Assembly: GCA_005799525.1 (NCBI GenBank)
Contig: SYGN01000162.1
Coordinates: forward strand, 866 to 64,865
Direction: 5' to 3'
Origin: Opitutaceae bacterium
GTDB lineage: Bacteria; Verrucomicrobiota; Verrucomicrobiia; Opitutales; Opitutaceae
DNA: 64,000 nt
The translations under genes were made by a program, and so were the position numbers. The notes under the pieces are model-generated. The model saw only the letters and a list, made by a program, of their open reading frames with translations. It was not told where the DNA came from and did no database searches. Below are positions 31,881 to 41,965 of this stretch, one piece after another. Each line of letters begins with the position of its first letter. Within the stretch, counting starts at the first letter, position 1.

Positions 31881-32348
31881 TTGGAGGCGATCGGAGCGCC
31901 CTACATGGTCACGGGGGCCACGGCAGCGATTCTCTACGGTCAACCGCGGGTGACCAACGATCTGGACGTTGTCCTCGCGTTTGATGACGCCGCGCGGATT
32001 TCACTCCTGAATGCGTTCCCCGCAACGGAGTTTTATGTCCCGCCGGAGTCGGTAATCCGGGCCGAACAGGCGAGGAATCAACGCGGCCACTTCAATTCGA
32101 TCCACCACGAGAGCGGCTACCAGGCAAGCATCTATCACCCGCCGGATTTCGCGCCGGCCTCGCGCGGAACAACGGTCCGGGGGCCGATTCGTGCACACCA
32201 CTGCACGGGTCCGAATCAGACCCCCTCGGCACTCGGCCCTTCCACGATCAACCGGAGCGAGTCGAGGCGCAGACGAGCCGCGGTGATCGCGGTCGTGGTG
32301 TGCGCGAGTTGCTCCTGCGCAAGGACGATTTCGGCGGGGCGGATGTGA
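31881..32348 (+). CDS. Minimal nucleotidyltransferase-fold protein, possibly degraded
   Basis: YMVTGATAAILYGQPRVTNDLDVVL fits the G-x(10-13)-D-x-D minimal NTase motif. There is no in-frame ATG (TTG start at best). The last ~45 codons overlap the rapA 3' end and look unlike protein. Confidence 0.45.
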   Translation: MEAIGAPYMVTGATAAILYGQPRVTNDLDVVLAFDDAARISLLNAFPATEFYVPPESVIRAEQARNQRGHFNSIHHESGYQASIYHPPDFAPASRGTTVRGPIRAHHCTGPNQTPSALGPSTINRSESRRRRAAVIAVVVCASCSCARTISAGRM

Positions 32349-35080
32349 TCGTTGATTTTCTGGAGATCGACGAGACGTTGGAGGTCTGCGGCCAAGGCGG
32401 TGGTCGCGCGGGTTTGCGCGGCGGCGATCAGAGATCGACTATGTCCCTCGGCCCGCGCCGTGGCGGACTCGATCATCTTTTTGACGAAGCTGACGTTGAA
32501 CCCGGGGCGTTCGAGGAAGCGGACTAGCACGCCGTCTTCGAAATCGTCGGCGAGGCCGGCGGCTTTATAAGCGTCGCTCAGATCGTTGCCCCGCAAATCG
32601 ACGACCACCCGCACGGGCGTCGGCGCGAGAAACTGGTCCACGTGCCAGCGGGAATCGGCGACGGTTTCGAGGACGAAAATCGTTTCGAGAAGGAGGTTTG
32701 GTTTTTCGCCGCGGAGGAAACCGAAGGCGGTGGTGCCAGACTTAGAGTCAATGAGCAGGTCGATGGCGTCCTGCACCAGCGAGTGGTCGGGCGAGATAAA
32801 GCGAATATCTTCGCGAGCGATCGCGCGGGCGCGATCAAAGGTCGCCAACATGCCGTCTTTCGGAATCGAGGGAAAGCCCTCCACGTAGGCGTGGCTGGGA
32901 TCAAGGAACAGATCGCCGGCTTCGTGATCTTTGAGTCGCACGCCGAAGTGGTCGAGGAGATCGGAGAGAAACGTGCGGAGAAACGGAGCGGCGTCGACGG
33001 CGCGGATGCGGTCGATGACGTGGGCCGCGACGGCGGGGTTGAAGGAGTTAAGTTCCAGCAGACGGTCTCGGCCCTGTTTCATTTTCGACGAAAGCTCGCG
33101 GCGGAACTCGATAGTCTCGGCGACGAAGGCGTCGAGCTGAGGCTGGCCAACCTTGGCACCGCCGGAGCCGTAGTCATGGGCGAGGGTCAGGAGGCGGGTT
33201 TTGAATTTTTCCTGATAGTCGTTGCCGCCGTGGAGAGAGGTCTCGAAGGCGTCGAGGCCGCGGTGATACCACTCGACGACGCACTCCTCGGCGCTGCCGG
33301 CGACGTAGGGGACATGGATGCGGATCGTCTGGGTTTGTCCGATACGGTCGAGGCGGCCGATGCGCTGTTCGAGGAGGCCAGGGTTCAGCGGGAGATCGAA
33401 CAGGACGAGGTGGTGGGCAAACTGGAAATTGCGACCCTCGCTGCCAATCTCGGAGCAGATGAGGAGCTGCGCACCGTCGGGCTCGGCGAACCACGCGGCC
33501 TGGCGGTCGCGTTGCACCAGCGGCAGGCCTTCGTGAAAGAGGCCGACCTTGAGACTGATTTTCTCCTGCAGGGCGGACTCGAGGGCGATGACCTTGCGCT
33601 GGGATTTGCAGATGAGGAGGATCTTGGCTGGACGTTGCGCGAGCAAAAAGGCGACGAGCCAGTCGAGACGAGGGTCCTCGCGGAAGGCGTAGCGGAGCGC
33701 GCCGTCCTCGCCGGTTTCTTCGGCCTCGAGTTCGCGGGAAATGCGCGCGAGGTGCGTGAGATTTTGGCCGGCGTCGAGCGGGGTGGGACAGAATTTACGT
33801 TTCGGAAAGCCGGTCATCGCCGTGCGGATATTGCGAAACACGACGCGGCCGGTGCCGTGTTGGTCGAGGAGCGTCTTGAGCAACGCTTCGCGAGCGCCGG
33901 GTTTCGCCTTGGCGAGCGCACCGAGGTGTTCGGCGAGACGCGCGGGATCTCGATTGAAGATTTTTTTTAACGCCGTGCGGTCTTTTGGCGAGAGCGGTTT
34001 TTGCTCGATGATTTTTTCGGCAATCCCGGCAACGGTGCCGAAGGTCTCGGACTCGGCGACGAACTGCTCGAAGTCGGCGTAGCGCGCCGGATCGAGCAGG
34101 CGCAGGCGTGCGAAGTGACCGACGAGGCCGAGCTGCGTGGGCGTGGCGGTGAGGAGAAGCAGTCCCGGGCTGCGCTGGGCCAGCTGCTCGACGAGCGCGT
34201 AGTCGGGGCTGGCGGCAGTCGGCGTCCACGCGAGGTGATGGGCTTCGTCGACCACGACGATGTCCCAGCCGGCAGCGAGGGCTTGGTCGCGGCGGGCCTC
34301 GTTACCCGCCAGAAACGACACGGCGCAAAGAGCGAGTTGGGTGGCGAGAAACGGATTTTGACCGGGGTCGCTTTGCTCGCAGGCGACGCAACGGGCTTCG
34401 TCGTAGATACTGAACCAGAGATTGAAGCGGCGCAGGAGTTCGACGAACCACTGGTGCGTGAGTGACTCGGGCACGAGGATGAGGACGCGTTTCGCTTGGC
34501 CGACGGCGAGGAGCCGCTGGAGGATGAGACAGGCCTCAATAGTTTTCCCGAGCCCGACTTCGTCCGCGAGGAGGACACGCGGAACCTGACGCGAGGAAAC
34601 TTCCTGCAAAATATATAATTGGTGTGGGATGAGTTCGAGCCGGCCACCTAGGAAACCGCGCACATCGGACTGGCGGAACTTGGCCTGCGCCTGGAGCGCG
34701 CGATAGCGCAGGTCGAAGACTTCGCCGGGATCGGTCTGGCCGGCCAGGAGTCGCTCCTGCGGAAGATCCACGCTGGTGACGTCGGAGATGGCATCTTCGC
34801 GCACGCGTCGGCCGCCGCAAACGTAGGTGAGGAGACCGGCGGCGTCCTCGACCGAATCGATGGTGAGCGCCACGCCGTCCCGGGTGGTGACGGCCTCGCC
34901 CGCACGGAACTGCACGCGTTTCAACACGGGCGTGCCGAGGGCGTAGAGACGATTTTCTCGGCTGGCGGGAAATTCGATGCCGATGCGTTTCCCCGCTGGA
35001 TCGACGCGCGCAACCACGCCGAGACCCAGTTCAGGTTCCCGCTCACTCATGCAACGCTGGCCAACGACACTTAACGACAT
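32216..35080 (-). CDS. rapA: RNA polymerase-associated SNF2 ATPase RapA (HepA)
   Basis: 954 aa, colinear with E. coli RapA as I remember it. Shared blocks are ELGLGVV, LIPHQL, LLADEVGLGKTIEA, VVDEAHHL, LLLTATP, SEIGSEGRNFQF and LEQRIGRLDRIGQ. Confidence 0.92.
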   Translation of the reverse strand: MSLSVVGQRCMSEREPELGLGVVARVDPAGKRIGIEFPASRENRLYALGTPVLKRVQFRAGEAVTTRDGVALTIDSVEDAAGLLTYVCGGRRVREDAISDVTSVDLPQERLLAGQTDPGEVFDLRYRALQAQAKFRQSDVRGFLGGRLELIPHQLYILQEVSSRQVPRVLLADEVGLGKTIEACLILQRLLAVGQAKRVLILVPESLTHQWFVELLRRFNLWFSIYDEARCVACEQSDPGQNPFLATQLALCAVSFLAGNEARRDQALAAGWDIVVVDEAHHLAWTPTAASPDYALVEQLAQRSPGLLLLTATPTQLGLVGHFARLRLLDPARYADFEQFVAESETFGTVAGIAEKIIEQKPLSPKDRTALKKIFNRDPARLAEHLGALAKAKPGAREALLKTLLDQHGTGRVVFRNIRTAMTGFPKRKFCPTPLDAGQNLTHLARISRELEAEETGEDGALRYAFREDPRLDWLVAFLLAQRPAKILLICKSQRKVIALESALQEKISLKVGLFHEGLPLVQRDRQAAWFAEPDGAQLLICSEIGSEGRNFQFAHHLVLFDLPLNPGLLEQRIGRLDRIGQTQTIRIHVPYVAGSAEECVVEWYHRGLDAFETSLHGGNDYQEKFKTRLLTLAHDYGSGGAKVGQPQLDAFVAETIEFRRELSSKMKQGRDRLLELNSFNPAVAAHVIDRIRAVDAAPFLRTFLSDLLDHFGVRLKDHEAGDLFLDPSHAYVEGFPSIPKDGMLATFDRARAIAREDIRFISPDHSLVQDAIDLLIDSKSGTTAFGFLRGEKPNLLLETIFVLETVADSRWHVDQFLAPTPVRVVVDLRGNDLSDAYKAAGLADDFEDGVLVRFLERPGFNVSFVKKMIESATARAEGHSRSLIAAAQTRATTALAADLQRLVDLQKINDHIRPAEIVLAQEQLAHTTTAITAARLRLDSLRLIVEGPSAEGV

Positions 35081-35260
35081 GGCGGCATAAGGGTGGAGAC
35101 GCGCGCGAGATCAAAGGGAAATTCTCGGAATGACACCGATCCTTTGCGCCGCACTCATTCGCGGCAGTTTTCTGACAGCTTGAAATCAGCGATCAGAACC
35201 CTCCGTCTAGGGGTCCACTCCCGCTGCCGGAAAAAATCGCCCGCTCACCTGCCCCTCGCA

Positions 35261-36556
35261 ATGAAAACCTCCCTGCCCACATTCACCACCCGCACCGTCG
35301 CGGCGCTGATTATCCTAGCCCTTCCGCAGGTCTTCGCTGCCGCTAATCGGGATGAATCAAAGGTCGGCACACTCCCCATCCCCGACGTGCTTGTCGCTAT
35401 CGACGGAAACCCGCTTCGCGACTCGGCTGCGTGGCGCGCAAGTCGCCCGGCGCTCTTGGAATTGTTCGCGCGCGACGTCTACGGCCGCACTCCCGCCGGT
35501 CGTCCCGTGGGGATGCGTTGGGAGACCGCTTCGGTCGATCGCACCGCCCTCGGCGGCAAGGCCACGCGGAAAGAAATCACCCTCCGCTTCACCGCGCAAA
35601 CGGACGGCCCGAAGCTCCACGTCCTCATCTATCAACCCAACGCCGGCACCGCGCCCTACCCCGCCTTCCTCGGGCTGAACTACTTCGGCAACCAGTGCGT
35701 CAACGCCGACCCGGGCATCACACTCTCGACCGCATGGATGCGCGCCAGCACCGAGTTCGGTATCGCCAACCATCGCGCCACTGAAAAAACCCGCGGCGCT
35801 CACGCCCACCGTTGGGAAGTCGAAAAAATCATCGCCCGCGGCTACGCCACGATCAGCGCCTACTATGGCGACCTCTGCCCCGACCACGTCGGCGGGATTG
35901 CAGAATCCATCGGTGCTTTGTTCAAGACCGGCACCACAGAGCAACGCGCCCCCGATGCTTGGGGTGCCATCGGCATCTGGGCTTGGGGCCTCAGCCGCAC
36001 GCTCGATGTGCTCGCCTCCGATCCGGAGATCGACGCGAAGCGGGTCGCCGTCCACGGCCACTCCCGCCTCGGTAAAGCGGCGCTTTGGGCCGGCGCCCAA
36101 GACGAACGCTTCGCCCTCGTCATCTCCAACGACTCCGGTGCCGGCGGTGCCGCCCTCAGCAAACGCGACTTCGGCGAGACCGTCGCGATGTTGAACGAAA
36201 ATTTTCCCCACTGGTTCGCCCTCAATTTCCGCGCCTACAACGCCCGCGAGGCCGCGCTTCCCGTCGATCAACACCAACTCCTCGCCCTCAGCGCACCCCG
36301 CCCACTCTACGTGGCCAGCGCGTCCGAGGACCTGCACGCCGATCCCCTAGGTGAGTTCCTCGCCGCCAAATTCGCCGAGCCCGTCTACACGCTCTATGGC
36401 AAAAAAGGCCTCGGCGTGGCCGCTCAACCGCCCGTCGACACGCCTGTCGGCAACACAATCGGTTATCACCTTCGCACTGGAAAACACGACATCAACGCCT
36501 ACGATTGGGCCCGGTATCTCGACTTCGCGGACCGCCATTTCGCCCGGCAACCGTAG
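35261..36556 (+). CDS. CE15-like glucuronoyl esterase (alpha/beta hydrolase)
   Basis: Start at MKTSLPTF with a signal peptide. GHSRLGKAALWAG matches the G-C/H-S-R-x-G-K motif of CE15 esterases. Confidence 0.65.
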   Translation: MKTSLPTFTTRTVAALIILALPQVFAAANRDESKVGTLPIPDVLVAIDGNPLRDSAAWRASRPALLELFARDVYGRTPAGRPVGMRWETASVDRTALGGKATRKEITLRFTAQTDGPKLHVLIYQPNAGTAPYPAFLGLNYFGNQCVNADPGITLSTAWMRASTEFGIANHRATEKTRGAHAHRWEVEKIIARGYATISAYYGDLCPDHVGGIAESIGALFKTGTTEQRAPDAWGAIGIWAWGLSRTLDVLASDPEIDAKRVAVHGHSRLGKAALWAGAQDERFALVISNDSGAGGAALSKRDFGETVAMLNENFPHWFALNFRAYNAREAALPVDQHQLLALSAPRPLYVASASEDLHADPLGEFLAAKFAEPVYTLYGKKGLGVAAQPPVDTPVGNTIGYHLRTGKHDINAYDWARYLDFADRHFARQP

Positions 36557-36721
36557 GGCCGGCGCTCGTCGCCGCGCATGGGGTGCAGCGTGGGTGTCTC
36601 ACCCGACACGTGAACCGCTCGCGCGCTTCATTTTGTCCTGGCCGGCTCCGCGTCCTCCGCGCGCTCCGCGACCGCCGCGTCGTCCGCGATTCAACTGCCG
36701 TGATGATTCCAATTCGCTTTC

Positions 36722-36828
36722 AAGATGAGCTTAACCGGCTTGGGGTCGGAGCCTGCTTGCAGGCGATTGCGACGTCCTGAATCGCCCGCAAGCAGGCTCC
36801 TACCAAAGACCGTAATTTGGCTCATCTT
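36722..36828. repeat. REP-like nested hairpin element
   Basis: The inner stem is GGAGCCTGCTTGCAGGCGATT (36748-36768) / AATCGCCCGCAAGCAGGCTCC (36780-36800), with one mismatch. The outer arms are AAGATGAGC (36722-36730) / GCTCATCTT (36820-36828). The reverse strand reads GTAGGAGCCTGCTTGC, a GTAG-headed REP-type core. Confidence 0.75.
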
Positions 36829-36907
36829 AAATGCGACGTGGAATGAGCATGATACTACCGCGCACTCCCTCGCCCGACGCGCACCCCCGGCCCCGCCCAC
36901 CGCACCC

Positions 36908-36940
36908 AAAAAAAACGTCGCCGGAAAAGTCCGGCGACGT
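36908..36940 (-). terminator. Rho-independent terminator of the cytochrome b562-like gene
   Basis: On the minus strand ACGTCGCCGG / CCGGCGACGT form a 10-bp perfect stem with a 6-nt loop. Eight T follow (A run at 36908-36915 on the plus strand), 36 nt downstream of the stop. Confidence 0.85.
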
Positions 36941-36975
36941 CGGTCAAAAACGATTCGCTCCGAGAGCGAGCCCGA

Positions 36976-37413
36976 TTACTTCTTCTTCTCGTCGGGCTTC
37001 TTAAACTCCTTGTGACCTTCTTTCTGCGCGGCACCGAGCTCATCGGCGATCTTGGCGGCTTCGTCATTCTTGCCGGCCTTCAAGGCCATCTCGAGCTTTC
37101 CAACCTTCGCGTTAAAGTCGTTCATCTTGGCCTGAAATTTCTCCTTTTGCTCGGGCTTCCAAGCCGGCGCCAGTTTCGCCGACGCAGCCGCCTCGGCCTT
37201 GATGGTGGCCACGAGGGTGAGGGAGTCTGCATTCTTGGTCGCATCGGCGATCTGGCGCTTCAGCTTGCGGAACGCGCCGCTCATTTTGTCCATGTGGCCT
37301 CCGAGTTCGGTTTCGTCATTGGCGGCCGTCTTGGCTTTGCCTTCGGCGGCAGAAACGCTCGGCAAGGTCACCGCGGCGCAGATGAGGGAGAGGAGGAGGA
37401 TACGGATTTTCAT
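36976..37413 (-). CDS. Periplasmic four-helix-bundle protein, cytochrome b562-like
   Basis: 145 aa with a signal peptide and all-helical, Lys/Ala-rich sequence. Met near the mature N-terminus (GGHMDKM) and His near the C-terminus (QKEGHKEF) sit where b562 has its heme ligands. Confidence 0.5.
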   Translation of the reverse strand: MKIRILLLSLICAAVTLPSVSAAEGKAKTAANDETELGGHMDKMSGAFRKLKRQIADATKNADSLTLVATIKAEAAASAKLAPAWKPEQKEKFQAKMNDFNAKVGKLEMALKAGKNDEAAKIADELGAAQKEGHKEFKKPDEKKK

Positions 37414-37599
37414 GAGTTTTGTTTGGGAGTACTTTTCTGAAGAGCATCGAGAGAAAGGTGAACCGCTGGCCCGAGGGCAAACGGATTTCTATCCACCACT
37501 GCCGACTCGCGACAGACGCACGGCCCCGGACAAGGATTCGCCCTTCCCCGGCCTCACCCCAGGGCGGCGTCAAAGTCCGGTCGTGCGCCCAGTAATCGT

Positions 37600-37697
37600 T
37601 ATCCTTCCTCTTTCTCCTCATCTTTCTTTCCGTCCGACAAGCCTCTCCGAGCCGGAGGACTGACCAATGAGAAAGATAAAGAGAAAGAGGAAAGATA
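37600..37697. repeat. Long homopyrimidine/homopurine inverted repeat
   Basis: Arm 37600-37627 (TATCCTTCCTCTTTCTCCTCATCTTTCT) is complementary to arm 37670-37697 at 25 of 28 positions. The 42-nt loop holds a small CTCCG/CGGAG stem. Confidence 0.8.
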
Positions 37698-37808
37698 GGC
37701 GAAACGACTTTGACACTGCCCCGGGCCTCACTCGCAAGCGTGGTCTTCGGGATTGCTCGCCCGCCCTCTTCCGCGTGGAGTCTCTCGTCTCTGCGTTGCC
37801 TTTTTTCC

Positions 37809-38732
37809 ATGATCACCACCCCGTACACTCGCCGCCAATTTCTCACCGCCACCACCGCCGGCCTCGCCGTGGGTCTGCTTCCGCACAACAGCATGGCCGC
37901 GAACAAGCCGGCGGCGGCCCCTCGCTGGCCCATCGGCTGCTTCAACCGCCCGTGGACCAAGTGGTCCTTCGACGACACCCTCGATGCGATCAAAGCCGCC
38001 GGTTACACGCACACCGGACTCCTCTCCCCCACGAAGGACGACGTCTTCACCAGCGCCAACGCCACGCCCGCATACCTCGCCGCCCTCAAGGCCAAGATCG
38101 CGGCCCGCGGCCTCAAGGTCAACATGACCGCCCTCCGCGTGAAGACCGCCCTGCCCCTCGCCGAGGCCCTCGCCGACACTCGCGCGCAAATCGCCAACGG
38201 CCACACCATGGGCGTCGAGTTCGCCCTCACGTTTGGCGAAGATAAACCCGAGCGCTACGCCCACTATTTCAAGATCATGGCCGACGCCGCCGCCTTCGCC
38301 CAAGAACGCGGCATCAAGCTCGTCATGAAACCCCACGGCGGCGGCAGCGGCTCCTCCGCGGAAATCGTCGCCGCGATCAAACAGGTCGGCCACGCCAACT
38401 TCAAAATCTGGTATGACGCCGGCAACATTATCTATTACACGGGCAAAGATCCTGTCGCCGAACTCGAGCCGATCCTCCCGCACGTCACCGGGTTTTGCGC
38501 CAAAGACTGCTCGATTGATCCGGGAGCCGACGGCAAAACGAAACCCGACGTGATGATCCAATTCGGCACGGGCAAAGTGGATTTCGCCGCTGTCTTCAAA
38601 AAACTAAAATCCGGCGGCTTCAACGGCCCCATTATGGTCGAAGGCTGCAAGATCGGCGCGACCGCCGCCGAGACCACGGTCAACGCCCGCGCCAACCGCG
38701 CGTTCCTCGAAAAAGTCCTCGCGACGGTCTGA
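37809..38732 (+). CDS. Xylose-isomerase-like TIM-barrel protein with Tat signal
   Basis: Start at MITTPYTRRQFLTATTAG (twin-arginine leader), with AP_endonuc_2-like blocks. It belongs to the same broad family as 30596-31546. Confidence 0.75.
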   Translation: MITTPYTRRQFLTATTAGLAVGLLPHNSMAANKPAAAPRWPIGCFNRPWTKWSFDDTLDAIKAAGYTHTGLLSPTKDDVFTSANATPAYLAALKAKIAARGLKVNMTALRVKTALPLAEALADTRAQIANGHTMGVEFALTFGEDKPERYAHYFKIMADAAAFAQERGIKLVMKPHGGGSGSSAEIVAAIKQVGHANFKIWYDAGNIIYYTGKDPVAELEPILPHVTGFCAKDCSIDPGADGKTKPDVMIQFGTGKVDFAAVFKKLKSGGFNGPIMVEGCKIGATAAETTVNARANRAFLEKVLATV

Positions 38733-38822
38733 TCCCACTTCCGAGGTGAAGCCTCCGAGGTGGAGCGCGTTGAACCATCGGGCTGCTGGCCGCATGCTCG
38801 GCCTCTCGCCGGGTCTCCGCGT

Positions 38823-39989
38823 TCAGCTCTCGCCGCGTAGAAACTCCACATCGAGCGCACACGTCGCGCGCTTCCCGCTCTCGGCCACCAATTCCACCCC
38901 GCCCGCGGCGCCCGCACCACCCTTCACCGCGCGAATCTCCGCGACGCGATCAAAACCCTTCGGCACAGCGGCGACCGCCATGATGTAATTCACCGTCGTC
39001 GGTTTCTTCGGATTCAACCGCACCGTCGTCGGCAGTCCCGCAGCGCTCAGCGCGTTCGGCTTCACCGACTCCGCGAGTCCGAGGTGGAAACAGCCCGTCA
39101 CTTCCTCGATTCCCATTACCGCCGAATGCCGGCCGTTCCACGGCGCGTAGTGCCGCCCGCTATTCGACATCCACAGAATCGTGTGGCGCAACACCCGCGG
39201 ATCACGCAGCGCAAACCACACGGTGCCCTCCGCGGCCAGCACCACCGCCGACCACGCAAACGGCAACGTCGCGTCTGCCGTCATCATCACGAGATCGTCG
39301 TAACCCTTGCGCGCCGGATAGCTGCTCAGATCGGTCACGCCCCCCGTCGCCAGCGCCACCTTTTCGAGCGAGCGAAACATCGCGCCCGGCTTCAACGCCG
39401 AATACCCGAAATTCTCCGGCTGTTCGAAACGCATCGGCAACACCTGCCCACGTACAAACCGGCTCGTGCTCACCGCCCCGCTCCCCGGCACTTCGGGAAA
39501 TTTCAACATCGCATGGTGCCCCAGACTCATCGGTCCGCTCATGCCCGACAACACGTGCCGCGAGTAAACCGCCGTGTGCCCCGCGACCAGTGAGAGAAAT
39601 TTATCCACACGTCCCTTGCGCACCGTCGTCGCCAAACTCGCGTGCAGCGTCACCCGCGACTCGAATTTCTCGAACGCATCCAACGACCAGTTAGCATTCG
39701 CCGTCTCCCCATGCGGCGGATGCCGCTCACCGCGCCACGGCGTACCGTTGCCGCCAAACGGCGCGCAGAGAAAATCTCCGCGCAGCGCATGCAACAACGG
39801 CGGCAAGCCCGGCCCGAGTGTCTCCTCGGCCCACGGCGCCACGGAGTAAGGCGACACCGTTTTCCCCTCCAACCGAAACACCACCGGCGCAAGGTGCCCG
39901 CCGACCTGCGTGAGATGCGCGGAGACGTGACTCGACTCAAACAACCAAGACGGCTGGCCCAGGACCGTGCGTAACAAAGGAGCGCTCAT
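38823..39989 (-). CDS. Hypothetical protein (possibly galactose-mutarotase-like fold)
   Basis: Start set at MSAPLLRT, because the longer ORF would begin inside the IS element. The composition is beta-rich, and HGETANANW is reminiscent of aldose-epimerase-like proteins. The functional call is weak. Confidence 0.55.
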   Translation of the reverse strand: MSAPLLRTVLGQPSWLFESSHVSAHLTQVGGHLAPVVFRLEGKTVSPYSVAPWAEETLGPGLPPLLHALRGDFLCAPFGGNGTPWRGERHPPHGETANANWSLDAFEKFESRVTLHASLATTVRKGRVDKFLSLVAGHTAVYSRHVLSGMSGPMSLGHHAMLKFPEVPGSGAVSTSRFVRGQVLPMRFEQPENFGYSALKPGAMFRSLEKVALATGGVTDLSSYPARKGYDDLVMMTADATLPFAWSAVVLAAEGTVWFALRDPRVLRHTILWMSNSGRHYAPWNGRHSAVMGIEEVTGCFHLGLAESVKPNALSAAGLPTTVRLNPKKPTTVNYIMAVAAVPKGFDRVAEIRAVKGGAGAAGGVELVAESGKRATCALDVEFLRGES

Positions 39990-40057
39990 GATTCCGCGAG
40001 CAAACCCCACAGCCTCACTCCGAAGCAAGCATACAGCGCAGGGTCCTAATTCACGGC

Positions 40058-41965
40058 CCAGGGCAACTTGTGATCGATTTCTCCAGGAGCTTGGGGGCAA
40101 GGGCTAAGCTTCGTGCTAGCCATTTGGACCGATGGGTGGCACAGCGGGATGGGATGAAGCCGGCAAAACGTAGCAACCCTGGACTGGAAGACAAAACGAC
40201 GGAGAGCGACGCGACCGCGACCGTGCGAGTGGCCACCTTAGCGGAGCGGGAGTGGTTCGACCAGCAACTGGCGGAGCGCCACTACCTCGGGGCGGGGCGG
40301 TCCGTCGGGGATTATCTGCGGCAGATCGTCACGGTGCGTGGCCAAGTGGCGGCGCTGCTGGTGTGGGGGCCGGCGTGCTACGCCTTGAAGGATCGGGACC
40401 GCTGGATCGGTTGGAGCGCCAACCAACGCGTCGAGCGGCTGAAGCTCATTGTGCAAAATCGCCGGTTCCTCGTGTTGGGCGAGAAAGGCCGTTCGCCCAA
40501 CCTCGCCTCGCAGGCGATGGGGGCGGCCTTGCGCGCCCTGGCCACGCAGTGGCAGGATAACTTCGGCTACCGTCCGCTGCTCGCCGAGAGCTTCACCGAC
40601 CCTGAGGCGTATGCAGGCACGTGTTACAAAGCGAGCAACTGGGAGCCGGTGGGCTTCAGCGCCGGCTACGCCCGGCACCGCGCCGATTTTTATGTCCCCC
40701 ATGAGCGGCCCAAGCGGTTGTGGCTGCGCGCACTCGACGCCCAGGCGCGCCGGCACTTGGGTGCCGTGACACTGCCCGCCGACTGCGCGGGCGGGGTCAT
40801 CGCCCCGCCGAGCGGCGTGTTGCCGCTCACCCGGCCCCAGATGCTCGCGCTGGAGGAAGTCTTCCGCCAGGCGCCCGACCCGCGGGCCAAGAACGCGCGC
40901 TTTCGCATCGGCCCGGTGCTCACCCTCATCGCGATGGCACTGCTCGCCGGCCGCCGCGACATCGCCGAGATCGCACGCTTTGCCTCGACCCTCACCCCGA
41001 CCCAGCGCCATCAGCTCGGCCTGCCCCGCAAGCGGGGCACGCAGGCGTTCTATCAAGTCCCCGGTTACGCGGTGTTTTCTCAGGTGCTCACCCGGCTCGA
41101 TCCGGTGGCCTTTGCCACCCTGCTTGGCGGGTGGCTGCAAACCCGCGCCGGCACGCTGCCGCAGGCCCTCGCCTTGGACGGCAAGATGATCCGCGACCAC
41201 ATCGGACTGCTCACCCTCGCGCAGCGCGAGGACGGCGCGCCGCAGGCCGTGGCGATTTACGATCCAAAGGAAGGCACCGCCCGCTGCGAGCAATCGGCCG
41301 CGACGGCGCTTTTGACCGGCCTGCCCGCGTTGGACGACAAGATCGTCACCGCCGACGCGCTCCACTGCCAGAAAACAACCGCCCGGACCATCGTCGAAAA
41401 AGGCGGCGATTACCTGCTCCAAATCAAAGGTAACCAGCCCAAACTGCTCGCGTAGGCCGAGGCGCTCAACCCCCAGACCTCCACGCCCTTTTTTTCCTCA
41501 CCGGTCCCGGCTACGGCCGCATCGTCACCCGAGGCGTCCACGCCTTCGCGCTCAAACCGCTCACCGCCGACTTCCCCTACGCCCGCGCCGTGATCGTTGT
41601 GCGCTGCACCCGCACGGTGAAGCGCACCGCCGTCACCACCGACGAAGTCCGCTATTACCTCTCCAGCGCCGAGCCCACCACGCACACTCCGACCCAATGG
41701 CTCGCGCTCATCCAAGGCCACTGGGCCGGCGTCGAAATCCGCAACCACTGGCACCGCGACGCCATCCGGGGCGAGGACCGCTCTCGCACGCGCAACCCTA
41801 ACGCCCTCGCCAATCTCGCCCTCGTGCGCAGCGCCCTCCTCGCCCTCCTGCCGGATCACTTCCCGCACCTCTCCCTGCCGCAAATCAAGGAGCGCCTCCA
41901 CTCCCGTCCCGCCGCCTGCCTTCTCGTTCTCCGGAAAAAAATGAGGTCAAAACAAAAGACCTTGG
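40058..41965 (+). mobile_element. ISAs1-family insertion sequence (1908 bp) with 8-bp target-site duplication
   Basis: The direct repeat TTCACGGC occurs at 40050-40057 and 41966-41973. The imperfect terminal repeats are CCAGGGCAACTTG (left) and CCAAGGTCTTTTG (right, reverse complement). CAGGG-type ends and an 8-bp duplication fit what I recall of ISAs1. The single transposase frame fills the element. Confidence 0.7.

Noticed and set aside
24101-33970. Other long shadow ORFs (24101-25516, 26825-27985, 32642-33970, plus 61959-62873 outside this span)
   Set aside because: Each lies opposite a gene with strong family motifs and has the skewed composition of antisense high-GC frames.
41489-41495. 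Programmed ribosomal frameshift at the T7 run in the IS transposase
   Set aside because: An in-frame TAG lies 34 nt upstream of the run, and I am not aware of ISAs1-family transposases using frameshifting. I interpret it as a mutation.
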